This document shows positions 40,531 through 49,900 of a stretch of DNA of 64,000 nt, piece after piece. How positions within the stretch are numbered: position 1 is the stretch's first letter; each line of letters begins with the position of its first letter. The stretch covers positions 1 through 64,000 of the forward strand of contig JBGANV010000011.1 of the NCBI GenBank assembly GCA_044222185.1. Reading direction: 5' to 3'. The notes under the pieces are model-generated. The model was not told the origin of the DNA, did no database searches, and was given only the letters and a program-made list of their open reading frames with translations. The translations under genes and the position numbers were made by a program. The DNA comes from Planctomycetota bacterium (GTDB taxonomy: Bacteria; Planctomycetota; GCA-002687715; CAIWVZ01).

Positions 40531-41226
40531 TCACGAACCTCTGGCGTCGAGGTCCAGCCGGTAGCCGTGGCCGTGCACGGTGACGAGGAAGCGGGGTGCG
40601 GCCGGATCGGCCTCGATCTTTCGGCGCAACCGCGCGATGTGGTTGTCGAGCGTGCGGGTCTCCGCGGCGCGGGATACGCCCCACAAATCGCGGAGGATCT
40701 GCGCCCGGTCGACGGCATGGCCGGGCCTGGCGGCGAGATAACGCAGAAGATCCGTTTCGATCCCCGTCAGCTCCTCCGTGCGGTCGCCGTGATTCGCCGT
40801 TCGGGCACCAAGGTCGACGTGCACCCGACCCAACGTGAGGACGTCCCGCGGCACGGCCGTGCCGGTGCGCCGAAGCACGGCCTGGATGCGGGCGACCAGT
40901 TCGGCGATGCCAAACGGCTTCGTGACGTAATCGTCGGCGCCGAGCTGGAGCCCCATGACCTTGTCGGTCTCGGAGCCGCGAGCGGTCAGGCAGATGACGG
41001 CCGTGGTGGCACCGCGCGCCCGAAGCGTCGTCAACACCTCCGTGCCGTCCACGTCTGGAAGCGACAGGTCGAGGATCACGAGATCGAACGCGGATGCGGA
41101 TGCCCCATCCATCGCCGCGCGCCCCTGATCGACCCACGTGACGGTGAAGCCCTCACGTTCCAGGTTGAACTGGAGGCCGCGCGCCAGATTGGCGTCATCC
41201 TCCACGAGCAGGATGCGGGCCTTCAC
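40531..41226 (-). CDS. OmpR/PhoB-family response regulator
   Basis: ILLVEDD, ILDLSLPDVDG, GADDYVTKPF, RTLDNHIARLRRKIE, TVHGHGYR. Confidence 0.95.
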   Translation of the reverse strand: MKARILLVEDDANLARGLQFNLEREGFTVTWVDQGRAAMDGASASAFDLVILDLSLPDVDGTEVLTTLRARGATTAVICLTARGSETDKVMGLQLGADDYVTKPFGIAELVARIQAVLRRTGTAVPRDVLTLGRVHVDLGARTANHGDRTEELTGIETDLLRYLAARPGHAVDRAQILRDLWGVSRAAETRTLDNHIARLRRKIEADPAAPRFLVTVHGHGYRLDLDARGS

Positions 41227-43034
41227 GTCGCGCCTCCTCGATCCTCGGGCCCGAGCGGCAACGTGACGACGACCTGCGCTCCGCCGCCGGGACGAGCCTC
41301 GGCACGGACCTCGCCGCCATGCGCCACGACCACCTCGCGAACGAGTGCGAGCCCGAGCCCCGCGCCGCGCGTGCGCACGCCGGGTCCGCGAACGAAGCGC
41401 TGGAAGATGGCGTCGCCGAGTGCCGCAGGGAGTCCGGGGCCGCGGTCGCCGACGGTCACCGTGACGAGTGGAGCCTCCGCCACCACGCTCACGTCGAGCG
41501 TGCGGCCCGTCGCCGCGTGGTTGATGACGTTCTCCACCAGATTCATGAAGACGCCGCGCAGGGCATCGGGATTCCCGCGGACGGTGGCGGCGTGCGTCAT
41601 CGCGTTCGCGTTCACGGCGATGCCGTGCTCCATGAGCAGGGGCCGGCTGCTCGCGAGCACGTCGTCGAGGAGCGTGCGGACGTCGATGGGTTGTCGCCGC
41701 GCGGCGACCTCGCCCGAATCCAATCGGCCGAGGTCGAGGACGGAGTCGACGAGTCCGGAGAGCCTCACTGCTTCCTGTTCGATGGTCGTCGCGAACTCGG
41801 TGGTTTCGGCGGCCGTACGCGTGCGACCGCGGGCGATGGTCTCCGCGTACATGCGGATCACCGTCAACGGGGTGCGCAGATCGTGCCCCACCTTGGAGAC
41901 GAATGCGGACCGCGCCCGCGCCGCCGCGTCCGTCGCGCGCGCCGCACTCCAGGTCAAGACGACGGCCGCGCCGCCGCCGAGCAGCAGCAGCACGAGCGCG
42001 CCGAACACCACGAGGACGTTGCGGCGCCCCTCGGAGACGACGGCGGAGCGATCCGCGTCCGCCACGATGCGCACGCCCGGGAGGCGGGCCGAGATCGCTC
42101 GCGACTCGCGGATCCAGGCGTCCGTCGCGGCGTCGAGCAGGCTGGTTTCATCCGCGATGCGTGTCCCGCTCGGCAGATCCCCGATTTCGCCTTCCAGGAG
42201 GCCCACGTCGCCGGTCTCCAATCGACGCCACGCGCGCAGGCGATCGCCATCGATCTCCGCGCCGGCGTCCGGAGCAAAGCCTCGGGCCACGCGCGGTGCG
42301 AGGCGTGCGATGGTTGCGACCTCCGCGCGCCGGTTCGCGAGCGTCGGCGGATCGTCGCCGAGGCGTCGCAAGAGTTCCGTGGCGATGCCGTCGTCGGGTC
42401 CGCCCACGCAGGCAAGGATGTCGGATCGCAGGTCCGCGTCGGGTCGTCCGAGTTCCAGTCGTCCCTGGAGGCCCTCGAACGTGCGCCGCTCGGCTCCGCC
42501 CAGTTCAGCGACGAATTCGGCGAGGCGCGAGCCTGCGGGCGCGCGGCCCGCACGGCGGTCGATCGCGAGGAGGTGCCAGCGCGCCAGCGCACGACAGCGC
42601 GGATCCCGCTCCGAAGCCGCAGCGGCGCGATAGAGGATCTGGGCCCGCTCGATGCCGTTCGCCGACGCGTCGCCCGAGGCGGCTTCCGCCGCGGCTCCTT
42701 CACGGAGGTAGAAGTGCCCCTGGGGATCCGCGCTCTCAGACAGCGTCAGGACCGCGAGCGCCTCAGGCTGTTTGGGGCTGAGGAAGGTTCCGTCCGCCGC
42801 GACCACCATTCGCCGACCTCGATCGCCGAGTCCCGCCTCCAACTCCGCCAGACGCGACGCGACGACGGCCGCCCCCTCGCCGATCCTCGCCGCCAGTCGC
42901 GCCCGCGCCTCGTTCTCCGCGAGCACCGGTCCCGCCGCCGCCGTCCGGAGCCCGTGAACCAAGAGCCCGACCGCCGCGAGCCCCAGCAGGGTCGCCGGCA
43001 GCCACGGTCGAAGGGCTCGTTCCGGTCTCGACAT
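41223..43034 (-). CDS. Membrane sensor histidine kinase
   Basis: Two TM segments flanking an extracytoplasmic region; H-box GHDLRTPL, N-box NLVEN, DRGPG, GAGLGLA; 4-nt overlap with response regulator. Confidence 0.92.
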   Translation of the reverse strand: MSRPERALRPWLPATLLGLAAVGLLVHGLRTAAAGPVLAENEARARLAARIGEGAAVVASRLAELEAGLGDRGRRMVVAADGTFLSPKQPEALAVLTLSESADPQGHFYLREGAAAEAASGDASANGIERAQILYRAAAASERDPRCRALARWHLLAIDRRAGRAPAGSRLAEFVAELGGAERRTFEGLQGRLELGRPDADLRSDILACVGGPDDGIATELLRRLGDDPPTLANRRAEVATIARLAPRVARGFAPDAGAEIDGDRLRAWRRLETGDVGLLEGEIGDLPSGTRIADETSLLDAATDAWIRESRAISARLPGVRIVADADRSAVVSEGRRNVLVVFGALVLLLLGGGAAVVLTWSAARATDAAARARSAFVSKVGHDLRTPLTVIRMYAETIARGRTRTAAETTEFATTIEQEAVRLSGLVDSVLDLGRLDSGEVAARRQPIDVRTLLDDVLASSRPLLMEHGIAVNANAMTHAATVRGNPDALRGVFMNLVENVINHAATGRTLDVSVVAEAPLVTVTVGDRGPGLPAALGDAIFQRFVRGPGVRTRGAGLGLALVREVVVAHGGEVRAEARPGGGAQVVVTLPLGPEDRGGAT

Positions 43035-43248
43035 CGGCGCCGATTGTAGGTCGCCGCGCGTCACTCAGTTCTCCCGAACTTGTAACGGGGGTGGCGGAGC
43101 CGGAAGGGGCACGACAACAGCCCCAGTTCCCGCCGGCACGTGCCAGGCTCATAGGCGCCCGGCGCGGAACGCACTCCTATTGCGCCGGGATCGCCGCCGC
43201 GCGAGTAGAATCCCCGCCTGCTCATGATCGATGCCGCCGAGGGAGTCC

Positions 43249-46200
43249 ATGGCCGAGAGTGATTCGAACAAGCCGGTCATCGCCCGGCCGCGAAGTCTGT
43301 TCATCGCGTATGACACGACCGTCGACTATTTGAAGGACTGTCTGGGCGTCCTCGTCGACTCGGGCGAGCGGATCCGCGACATGCAACCGGTCGTGCTCGC
43401 CCGCACACCGGGTCAGGGCAGCATTCCGGAGAGAGTGCTCACGGGGATCCGTGAAGCGGATGCGTTCCTCGGAGTTCTCGACCGACCGAATGCGAACGTC
43501 GGCTTCGAACTCGGATACGCGTTGGGCAACGACAAGCCGTCGTGGTTGATGCGATTCGAGGACCGCGCGCACGGATGGCTCAAGGCGCCGCCGCTCGCTG
43601 AACTCGGCGTGCCCTCGTTCACCAACACGGAGGAGCTGCGCAATCAGGTCGGCCAGACGGAGGCGCTACGGCCGCCCGGCGCACCTGCGACCGGCGGATC
43701 GGAGGTCCTGTTCCTTTGCCCCACGAGCGGGCGCGGAGCGACTCTGCGCGAGAAGGTCAAAACCAGTGCGAAGGGTTGGACGGCATTCGATCACGCAGCC
43801 TGGAGCCTGACCGACCTTCCGAAACGTCTCGATCGCGTCGGCACTGTGGTCTGGGCGTACGTTCCGCCGGACCCAAACAAGGAATCAGCTGAACGCGACG
43901 GCATCGAGAACGCGATCCTCGCGATCCTCGCCGGCTACGCGCGCGGCAGCGGTCGCAGCCTCAAGTTCTGGCACTACGGCGACCTCACGAAGACCCGGAC
44001 GCTGGTCGACGTCTCCGACTCGTGGCGCGAGATCAAGAACTTCGATGCGATCCCGGCTGCGATCCTGGATGTGGAGCACGACCGCGCGGCGAACGAATAC
44101 CGCGCTGCCGTCGAGGACTATCGAACGCGTGCAGCCGATGCATTCCGCACGTTCCGACCGCTGGGGTTCGAGGGGCGCTTCCGGATCGACGTGCGACTCG
44201 ACGAGTTGTTCTTCGAAATGGCGTGCCGTCATCGGATATCCCGTGCGAGCGGTCGCGATGGGCTCGGTGAAATGGAACGCCACGGCGGCATTCCGCTCAC
44301 GAAGTCGTTCGACCCGATCGGAACTGACGACGCGCCGGACGGAGTCCTACTCCTCGGTGAACCCGGAGCGGGCAAGACGACGCAACTGCGCCGGCTCCTC
44401 CGCTGGGTTGCGCCAGCCAGGTCTGCGGACGCGCGGGGCGCACTCGACGGCGCCGTCCCGTTCCTCGTCAGCCTGCGCGACATCAACCCGGCCCAGCCGG
44501 AGGCAGAACTGACGCCGGAGGCCATCGCAAAGCGAGCGATCCGCGCGGCCGGAGCGCAAGCCGCGGCAGGGCGCGTGCGCGACATCCTCGAACGCGAGAA
44601 GCCACTCTTTCTCCTCGACGGGCTCGACGAGATCCGCGACTCGAATCAACGGGCAGCCGTCGCCAAGGCGGTCGTCAAGCTCTCCAAGACTGCGCGCGTC
44701 ATCGCGACGTGCCGGTTCGCGGGCTACGACGCGGTCAAGAGCACGTTCGAAAACCGTTTCCTCCTGCTCGAGGTTCCGTCACTGACGAAAGACCAGGCCG
44801 AGGCGTTCGTCCTCCGCTGGTATCAGGCGGTCGAGACGGCAGGAGACATCGACGATCGCGAGAAGCGCCTCGCCGACGCCGCCCAAAAGGCCGCCGAGCT
44901 CAACGCAAGCATCGCCGCCGAGAACATCATCACGTCGAAGCGCCTCCAAGACCTGTCCGGCAATCCGCTGCTTCTCACAGCCGTCTGCCTCGTGCATCGG
45001 GACCTGCAGCGCCTGCCCATTGGCCGCGGCGAGCTCTACGAGCTTTGCGTCAAGGCGCTCATCGAGCTTTGGACGCGTAACAAGGAAGTGAAGCTCGACC
45101 TCGACGCGGCGAAGGCGCAGCTTGCGTTGCAGCGCATGGCGTTGTGGCTTCACCAGGAGACGGATCGGCAGTCGGCCACAGTCGATCAGCTCCGGGCGGA
45201 GATCGAGCCGACGCTGCGCCGCCACGGTTGGCGGACTGGGCTCGCCAACTTCCTCGCACACATCCGCGACGAGACGGGTCTCTTGACGGATGCTGTCGGT
45301 GGCGGGTTCAAGTTTCTGCATCTCTGCTTCCAGGAGTACCTCGCGGCATGTGAGATCCAGCGACGCGCCATCGACGAGCCGGAACGCATCGACAGCCTCG
45401 CGTCGCACTTCGGCGAGAGCTGGTGGCAGGAGGTCGCCGGCATCCTCGTGGCGCTGAAGGGGTCCGACTGTTTCCATCGCTATTTCCGCTCGGTCGTCCG
45501 GAACCCGAGCTTCGGCGACACGGCGCACACGGAGGTGGCTCGCTCCTGCGTTCGCGATGCACGCGATCCGACGCCCGAGCCCTTCGTGGACTGCCTGCTC
45601 GGTGAGGAACCGACGAACGACGGCGCCATGCGGTGCCACATCGCCGCCGCCACGATCGTCGTGGATCGATTCCCCGACGAAGTGCCCGTGATTCGCGAGC
45701 GCTTCGTGGAGACACCGCACAAGAGCGACTACGTGCTGGAGCTCTTCGGCGTCGCGGCTCGGACACCGCTCGTAACGGTCTCGGCGCCCGAGGTTTTCAT
45801 CACCCCCAACGGTGGCTGCGAACTCGTTCGCATCCCCGCCGGCACTTTCCTCATGGGCTCACCCGAATCGGAGGCAAATCGCCAGGGAAACGAAGGCCCG
45901 CAACACCGAGTCACGTTGACACGAGACTTCTACATAGGACGCTTCCCCGTCACGAACGCGCAATACGCCCTGTTTCTCCGGTCGCATGAGAAGCCGGACG
46001 TGGTGGAGGAACCGAGCCATTGGCGAAGTCAGCGGTTCAACGAACCTGATCAGCCCGTCGTTGGCGTCAGCTGGGACGACGCGACCGCGTTCTGCGTCTG
46101 GGCGGGAACGAACACGCTCGCACCGCTCGAAGGTCGGCTGCCGACGGAGGCGCAGTGGGAGTACGCGTGTCGGGCTGGGACAGAGACGCCATACTGGTCC

Positions 46201-46584
46201 GGAAACGACGTCGGCGCGCTAGACCAGGTCGGGTGGTTCGACAAGAACACGCTCGGCAGGACCAAGCCCGTGGGTCTAAAGCCCGCGAACCGGTTCGGTC
46301 TCCATGACACGCATGGGAGCGTGTGGGAGTGGTGTGCCGACCCATTCGGGCCATACGGTGAAGAAGAAGTAGTTGACCCATCGTGCGGCGACAGCGTCGC
46401 GGCGGCCCACTACGCCCAAGTCGAGGCGCTGTGGGTCGACGGGGCCGCGCGCGTGCTCCGCGGCGGATCGTGGGGGGTTGGTGCTGCGAGGTGCCGTTCC
46501 GCCGCCCGGTTTTGGAGCCGCCCCGACTTCAGGTTCGACGTGTTCGGCTTCCGCCTGGCTCTGTCCGTCATTCAACCTCGGTAA
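43249..46584 (+). CDS. NLR-like protein A: NDT/TIR-like domain + degenerate copy + NACHT NTPase + FGE-sulfatase (CLec-fold) domain
   Basis: ATG 43249 after GAGGGAG; NANVGFELGYA; Walker A GEPGAGKTT; Walker B LLDGLDE; TCR; NPLLL; FLHLCFQEYLAA; FLMGS, RLPTEAQWEYACRAG, RVLRGGSW, GFR. Confidence 0.9.
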   Translation: MAESDSNKPVIARPRSLFIAYDTTVDYLKDCLGVLVDSGERIRDMQPVVLARTPGQGSIPERVLTGIREADAFLGVLDRPNANVGFELGYALGNDKPSWLMRFEDRAHGWLKAPPLAELGVPSFTNTEELRNQVGQTEALRPPGAPATGGSEVLFLCPTSGRGATLREKVKTSAKGWTAFDHAAWSLTDLPKRLDRVGTVVWAYVPPDPNKESAERDGIENAILAILAGYARGSGRSLKFWHYGDLTKTRTLVDVSDSWREIKNFDAIPAAILDVEHDRAANEYRAAVEDYRTRAADAFRTFRPLGFEGRFRIDVRLDELFFEMACRHRISRASGRDGLGEMERHGGIPLTKSFDPIGTDDAPDGVLLLGEPGAGKTTQLRRLLRWVAPARSADARGALDGAVPFLVSLRDINPAQPEAELTPEAIAKRAIRAAGAQAAAGRVRDILEREKPLFLLDGLDEIRDSNQRAAVAKAVVKLSKTARVIATCRFAGYDAVKSTFENRFLLLEVPSLTKDQAEAFVLRWYQAVETAGDIDDREKRLADAAQKAAELNASIAAENIITSKRLQDLSGNPLLLTAVCLVHRDLQRLPIGRGELYELCVKALIELWTRNKEVKLDLDAAKAQLALQRMALWLHQETDRQSATVDQLRAEIEPTLRRHGWRTGLANFLAHIRDETGLLTDAVGGGFKFLHLCFQEYLAACEIQRRAIDEPERIDSLASHFGESWWQEVAGILVALKGSDCFHRYFRSVVRNPSFGDTAHTEVARSCVRDARDPTPEPFVDCLLGEEPTNDGAMRCHIAAATIVVDRFPDEVPVIRERFVETPHKSDYVLELFGVAARTPLVTVSAPEVFITPNGGCELVRIPAGTFLMGSPESEANRQGNEGPQHRVTLTRDFYIGRFPVTNAQYALFLRSHEKPDVVEEPSHWRSQRFNEPDQPVVGVSWDDATAFCVWAGTNTLAPLEGRLPTEAQWEYACRAGTETPYWSGNDVGALDQVGWFDKNTLGRTKPVGLKPANRFGLHDTHGSVWEWCADPFGPYGEEEVVDPSCGDSVAAAHYAQVEALWVDGAARVLRGGSWGVGAARCRSAARFWSRPDFRFDVFGFRLALSVIQPR

Positions 46585-46938
46585 AGCCTCGACGTTCGAT
46601 CGTCGGGTTGCGTCGAGCTCGAGCGACAGCGTCGGTAGGAAGTGGACTCCGTCGTGCCCGACCGAGGGACGCCCGTGCCACCGGCATCTCACCGAATGAT
46701 GCGCTGCTGCCCCCTGGGCGCCCGGAACGGCGGCTCGTAGCCCCGTTGCGGCCCGTCGCGGATCACCGGGGGTCAGGTAGCGGGTCGGCTTCCCGGAGAA
46801 TGCGTCAGGCTGGCGATGTCGCCGGAGCGACCGCCATGTCACGTCAGCGGCAAAGCACCTCGGGTAGCCGGCGGAATCCGCGGGTCGGAGGTGCCACCGC
46901 CGGATTCAACCACACACCAAAGATCGAACATCGAACAT

Positions 46939-49900
46939 CTATCGAGCTCGGGGGAGGGACAGGACGAAGCGGAAGCCGATGAAGACGAGCCGGCCGTCCG
47001 GGAGGCTCCCGAACCGCGCGGCGGAGCGGCACCTCGCGGCGCCGCTCCCCCACGAGCCGCCGCGCAGCACGCGGGCGGCGGACCGGTCGTTGCCTTTCGG
47101 GTCTTGTTGTGGGTCGGCTGAATAGGCGCTGAACCCGTCGGCACACCACTCCCACACGTTGCCGTGCATGTCGTACAGGCCGAAGCCGTTCGGCCGTTTC
47201 TCACGAACCTCAGGCGGGCGCCCGCCTGAGGTTCCGGAGAACCACCCCACCGCGCTGAGAGCCGCGGGGTCGTCGCCAGACCAATACGCCGAAGACGTCC
47301 CGGCTCGACACGCGTACTCCCACTGTGCTTCGGTCGGCAATGCGCCGATGAAACCCGTTGGTGCCGCCCTTCCGGCCCAATCGCAGAACGCCTTGGCATC
47401 GTGCCAGGACACGCCGACGACGGGTTGCAGGGAGCTGTTGAATCGCTTGTCGCGCCAATATGCGGGCTCACTCACCGACGTGGGCTTGTCGGTGGACTTC
47501 AGAAACTCGGCGTACTGCTCATTCGTGACGGGAGACCGTCCAATGTAAAACTCGCGCGTCAGTGTCACGGAATGCTGGGGGCCCTCGGAGTCCCTGCGGC
47601 CAGGCTCCCCCTCGCGCGACCCCATCATGAACGTGCCGCAAGGGATCAGCGCCAACTCCAAGCGGGCTCTTCCGAGCACGAGAGTCAGGGGTTCTGCCGG
47701 AGTGGTTCGGACCGCTGGCGTCTCCGCCACTAACAAGCGCTGGCTCTTCGCGGCTCCGCGTGCGACCCGCTTGGTGAGCGTCTTCTGTATAGGGAGCTCA
47801 AGCGCCTCCTGAATCGCGCGATACGGGTGAGGCTTCTTCGCGAACCGCTCTTTCAACCCGCGAAGTTCTTCGGGCCATCTCCATTTGAGGAGTTCGAGAG
47901 CGGCCAGTTGTCGAGGCCATTCGCTCCGACGCGTCGATGGCCGCGCCTGGAGAGTCTTGAGGAAAGGATCCGGCGACGGCTTCGTTGCGTCCTGAACGGC
48001 ATCCTTCAGGAACGTCAGGTTCGCCGCGTCACCAAACGCCGGCAATTTCGCTGCGGCCTCGAAGTACGACCGAAATGGCGTCGATTGTTTCTGGGCCAGG
48101 AGAAGCGCCGTCACTTCCTGCCACCAGCTCTCGTGGAGCCGTGCGGCCAGGTTCGGAATGGCCTTCCGGTCATCGAACGCTTGCTGATGCAGCTCGCACG
48201 CCGCGAGGAACTCCTGAAAGCACAGGTGGAGGAACTTGAACCCACCCCCGATGGCGTCGGTGACGAGCCCCGTCTCGTCGCGGATGTGTTCGAGGAACGG
48301 TGCTACGCCCTTGTCCCATCGCAGGCGCCGCAGAGGCTGATCGAGAACCGGCTCGAGATCCTCGGTCGTCGCCGACTGCCGCCCCTGCTCCTGGTGAAGC
48401 CAGAGCGCCAGTTGCTGGAGAATCGACTGAGCATCGGCCGTCGACATGTCGAGGCCGGACTTCTTGTCGCGCGTCCACTGCTCGAGAAGGATCCGAACGC
48501 AGAGCTCGTAGAGCTCGGCGCGACCATTCGGCAGGCGCTTGACGTCGCGGTGCACGAGACACACGGCCGTGAGCAGGAGCGGATTGCCCGTGAGGTCACG
48601 AAGCCCCTTCGCGCGGTTACCAGCGGCGATCTCGGCGTTCAGGCGCGCGGCGGTGTCGCGAGCGCCGGTCACGGCCTTCGCACGGTCAGGCACCTCCCCC
48701 GCCGTCTCCACGGCCTCGTACCAGCGCACGACGAACGCGTCGGCCTGTTCGGCGTTGAGAGCCGGGACTTCGAGCACGAGGAATCCGTCTTCGAAGCTCG
48801 ACTTCACGGCTTCGTAGCCGGCGTAGCGGCACGTCGCCGCCACTCGATGCTTCTCAGCCAGCGCGACGACGGCCTTCGCGGCGGAGACGCGCTGCTTGGG
48901 ATCGCGGATTTCGTCGAGACCATCGAGCAGCAGGAGGAGGTTCTCCGACCGCACGATCTCGTCCACATCCTTCGAGGACGGCTGAATGCCCACAGCCTTG
49001 ATGGCGCGTGTGACGAGCGCCTTCGCGGTCAGCTGATCGCCTGCGTGCTTCGGATCGATGTCTCTCAGGCTGACGAAGATCGGAAGCAGCCCGTCGAGGG
49101 CGCTGCCACTTTCGGTCCTCTGCCTCGAAGCCACCCAGCGAAGCAGGCGACGAAGTTGCGTCGTCTTGCCCGCGCCGGGCTCGCCGAGCAGGATGACCCC
49201 GCGGCACGCCGCCAGCTTCCCGATCCGGTCGAAGGCCTTCGCCAGGGGAATACCGCGGCCGTCGAGATCGCGATCGCCGACGGCGCGATGCCGGCAGTTC
49301 ATATCGAAGAACAGCTCGTCGAACCCGATCTCGACACGGAAGCGCCCCTCGAATCCGAGCGGGCGGAACGTTCGAAACGCCTCCGCCGCCCGCTTGCGGT
49401 AATCCTCGACGGCGGCGGTGTACTCGTCCTTGCCCCGCATCGCCTCGACGGTGGCGACCTCCTTTTTCACGGCCTTGAAGTCGGGAAGCAGGCGGCGGAT
49501 TCCGGACAGATCGGCGAGCAGACGATCCTCGCCCAGCACGCCGTAGTGCCAGAACTTCAATCCAAGCCCCCGGCCATGGGCGTAACCGGCGAGGACGGCG
49601 AGCGCAGCATTCTCGTCGCCGTCGCGGACGTCCGCCGGGGTCGGCGGGACGTAGGCCCACACGACCGTGCCCACGCCGTCGAGCAGCCGCGGCATGTCTG
49701 ACAGCGACCATTCGTCCTCATCGAACGGAACCCACCGGGGGGCATCCCCGCGAAGGCGCTCGCGGAGGTCTTGACCGGCGCCGGTCGTCGGACAGAGCAG
49801 CAGGAGCTTCGGTCCGCGCGGCGGCGGCGACGCGAGCTTTGGAAGCGGGTCCTGCGCCTCGACGATCTCCCGCAACTCACTCGCACTCGTGAACGGCGGA

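Noticed and set aside
46585-46938. Intergenic region as DGR template repeat
   Set aside because: No AAC-rich copy of the variable region on either strand and no RT gene in the window
45800-47660. FGE domains as true formylglycine-generating enzymes
   Set aside because: Catalytic CxxxxC pair after RGGS absent, fused to NACHT, no sulfatase nearby
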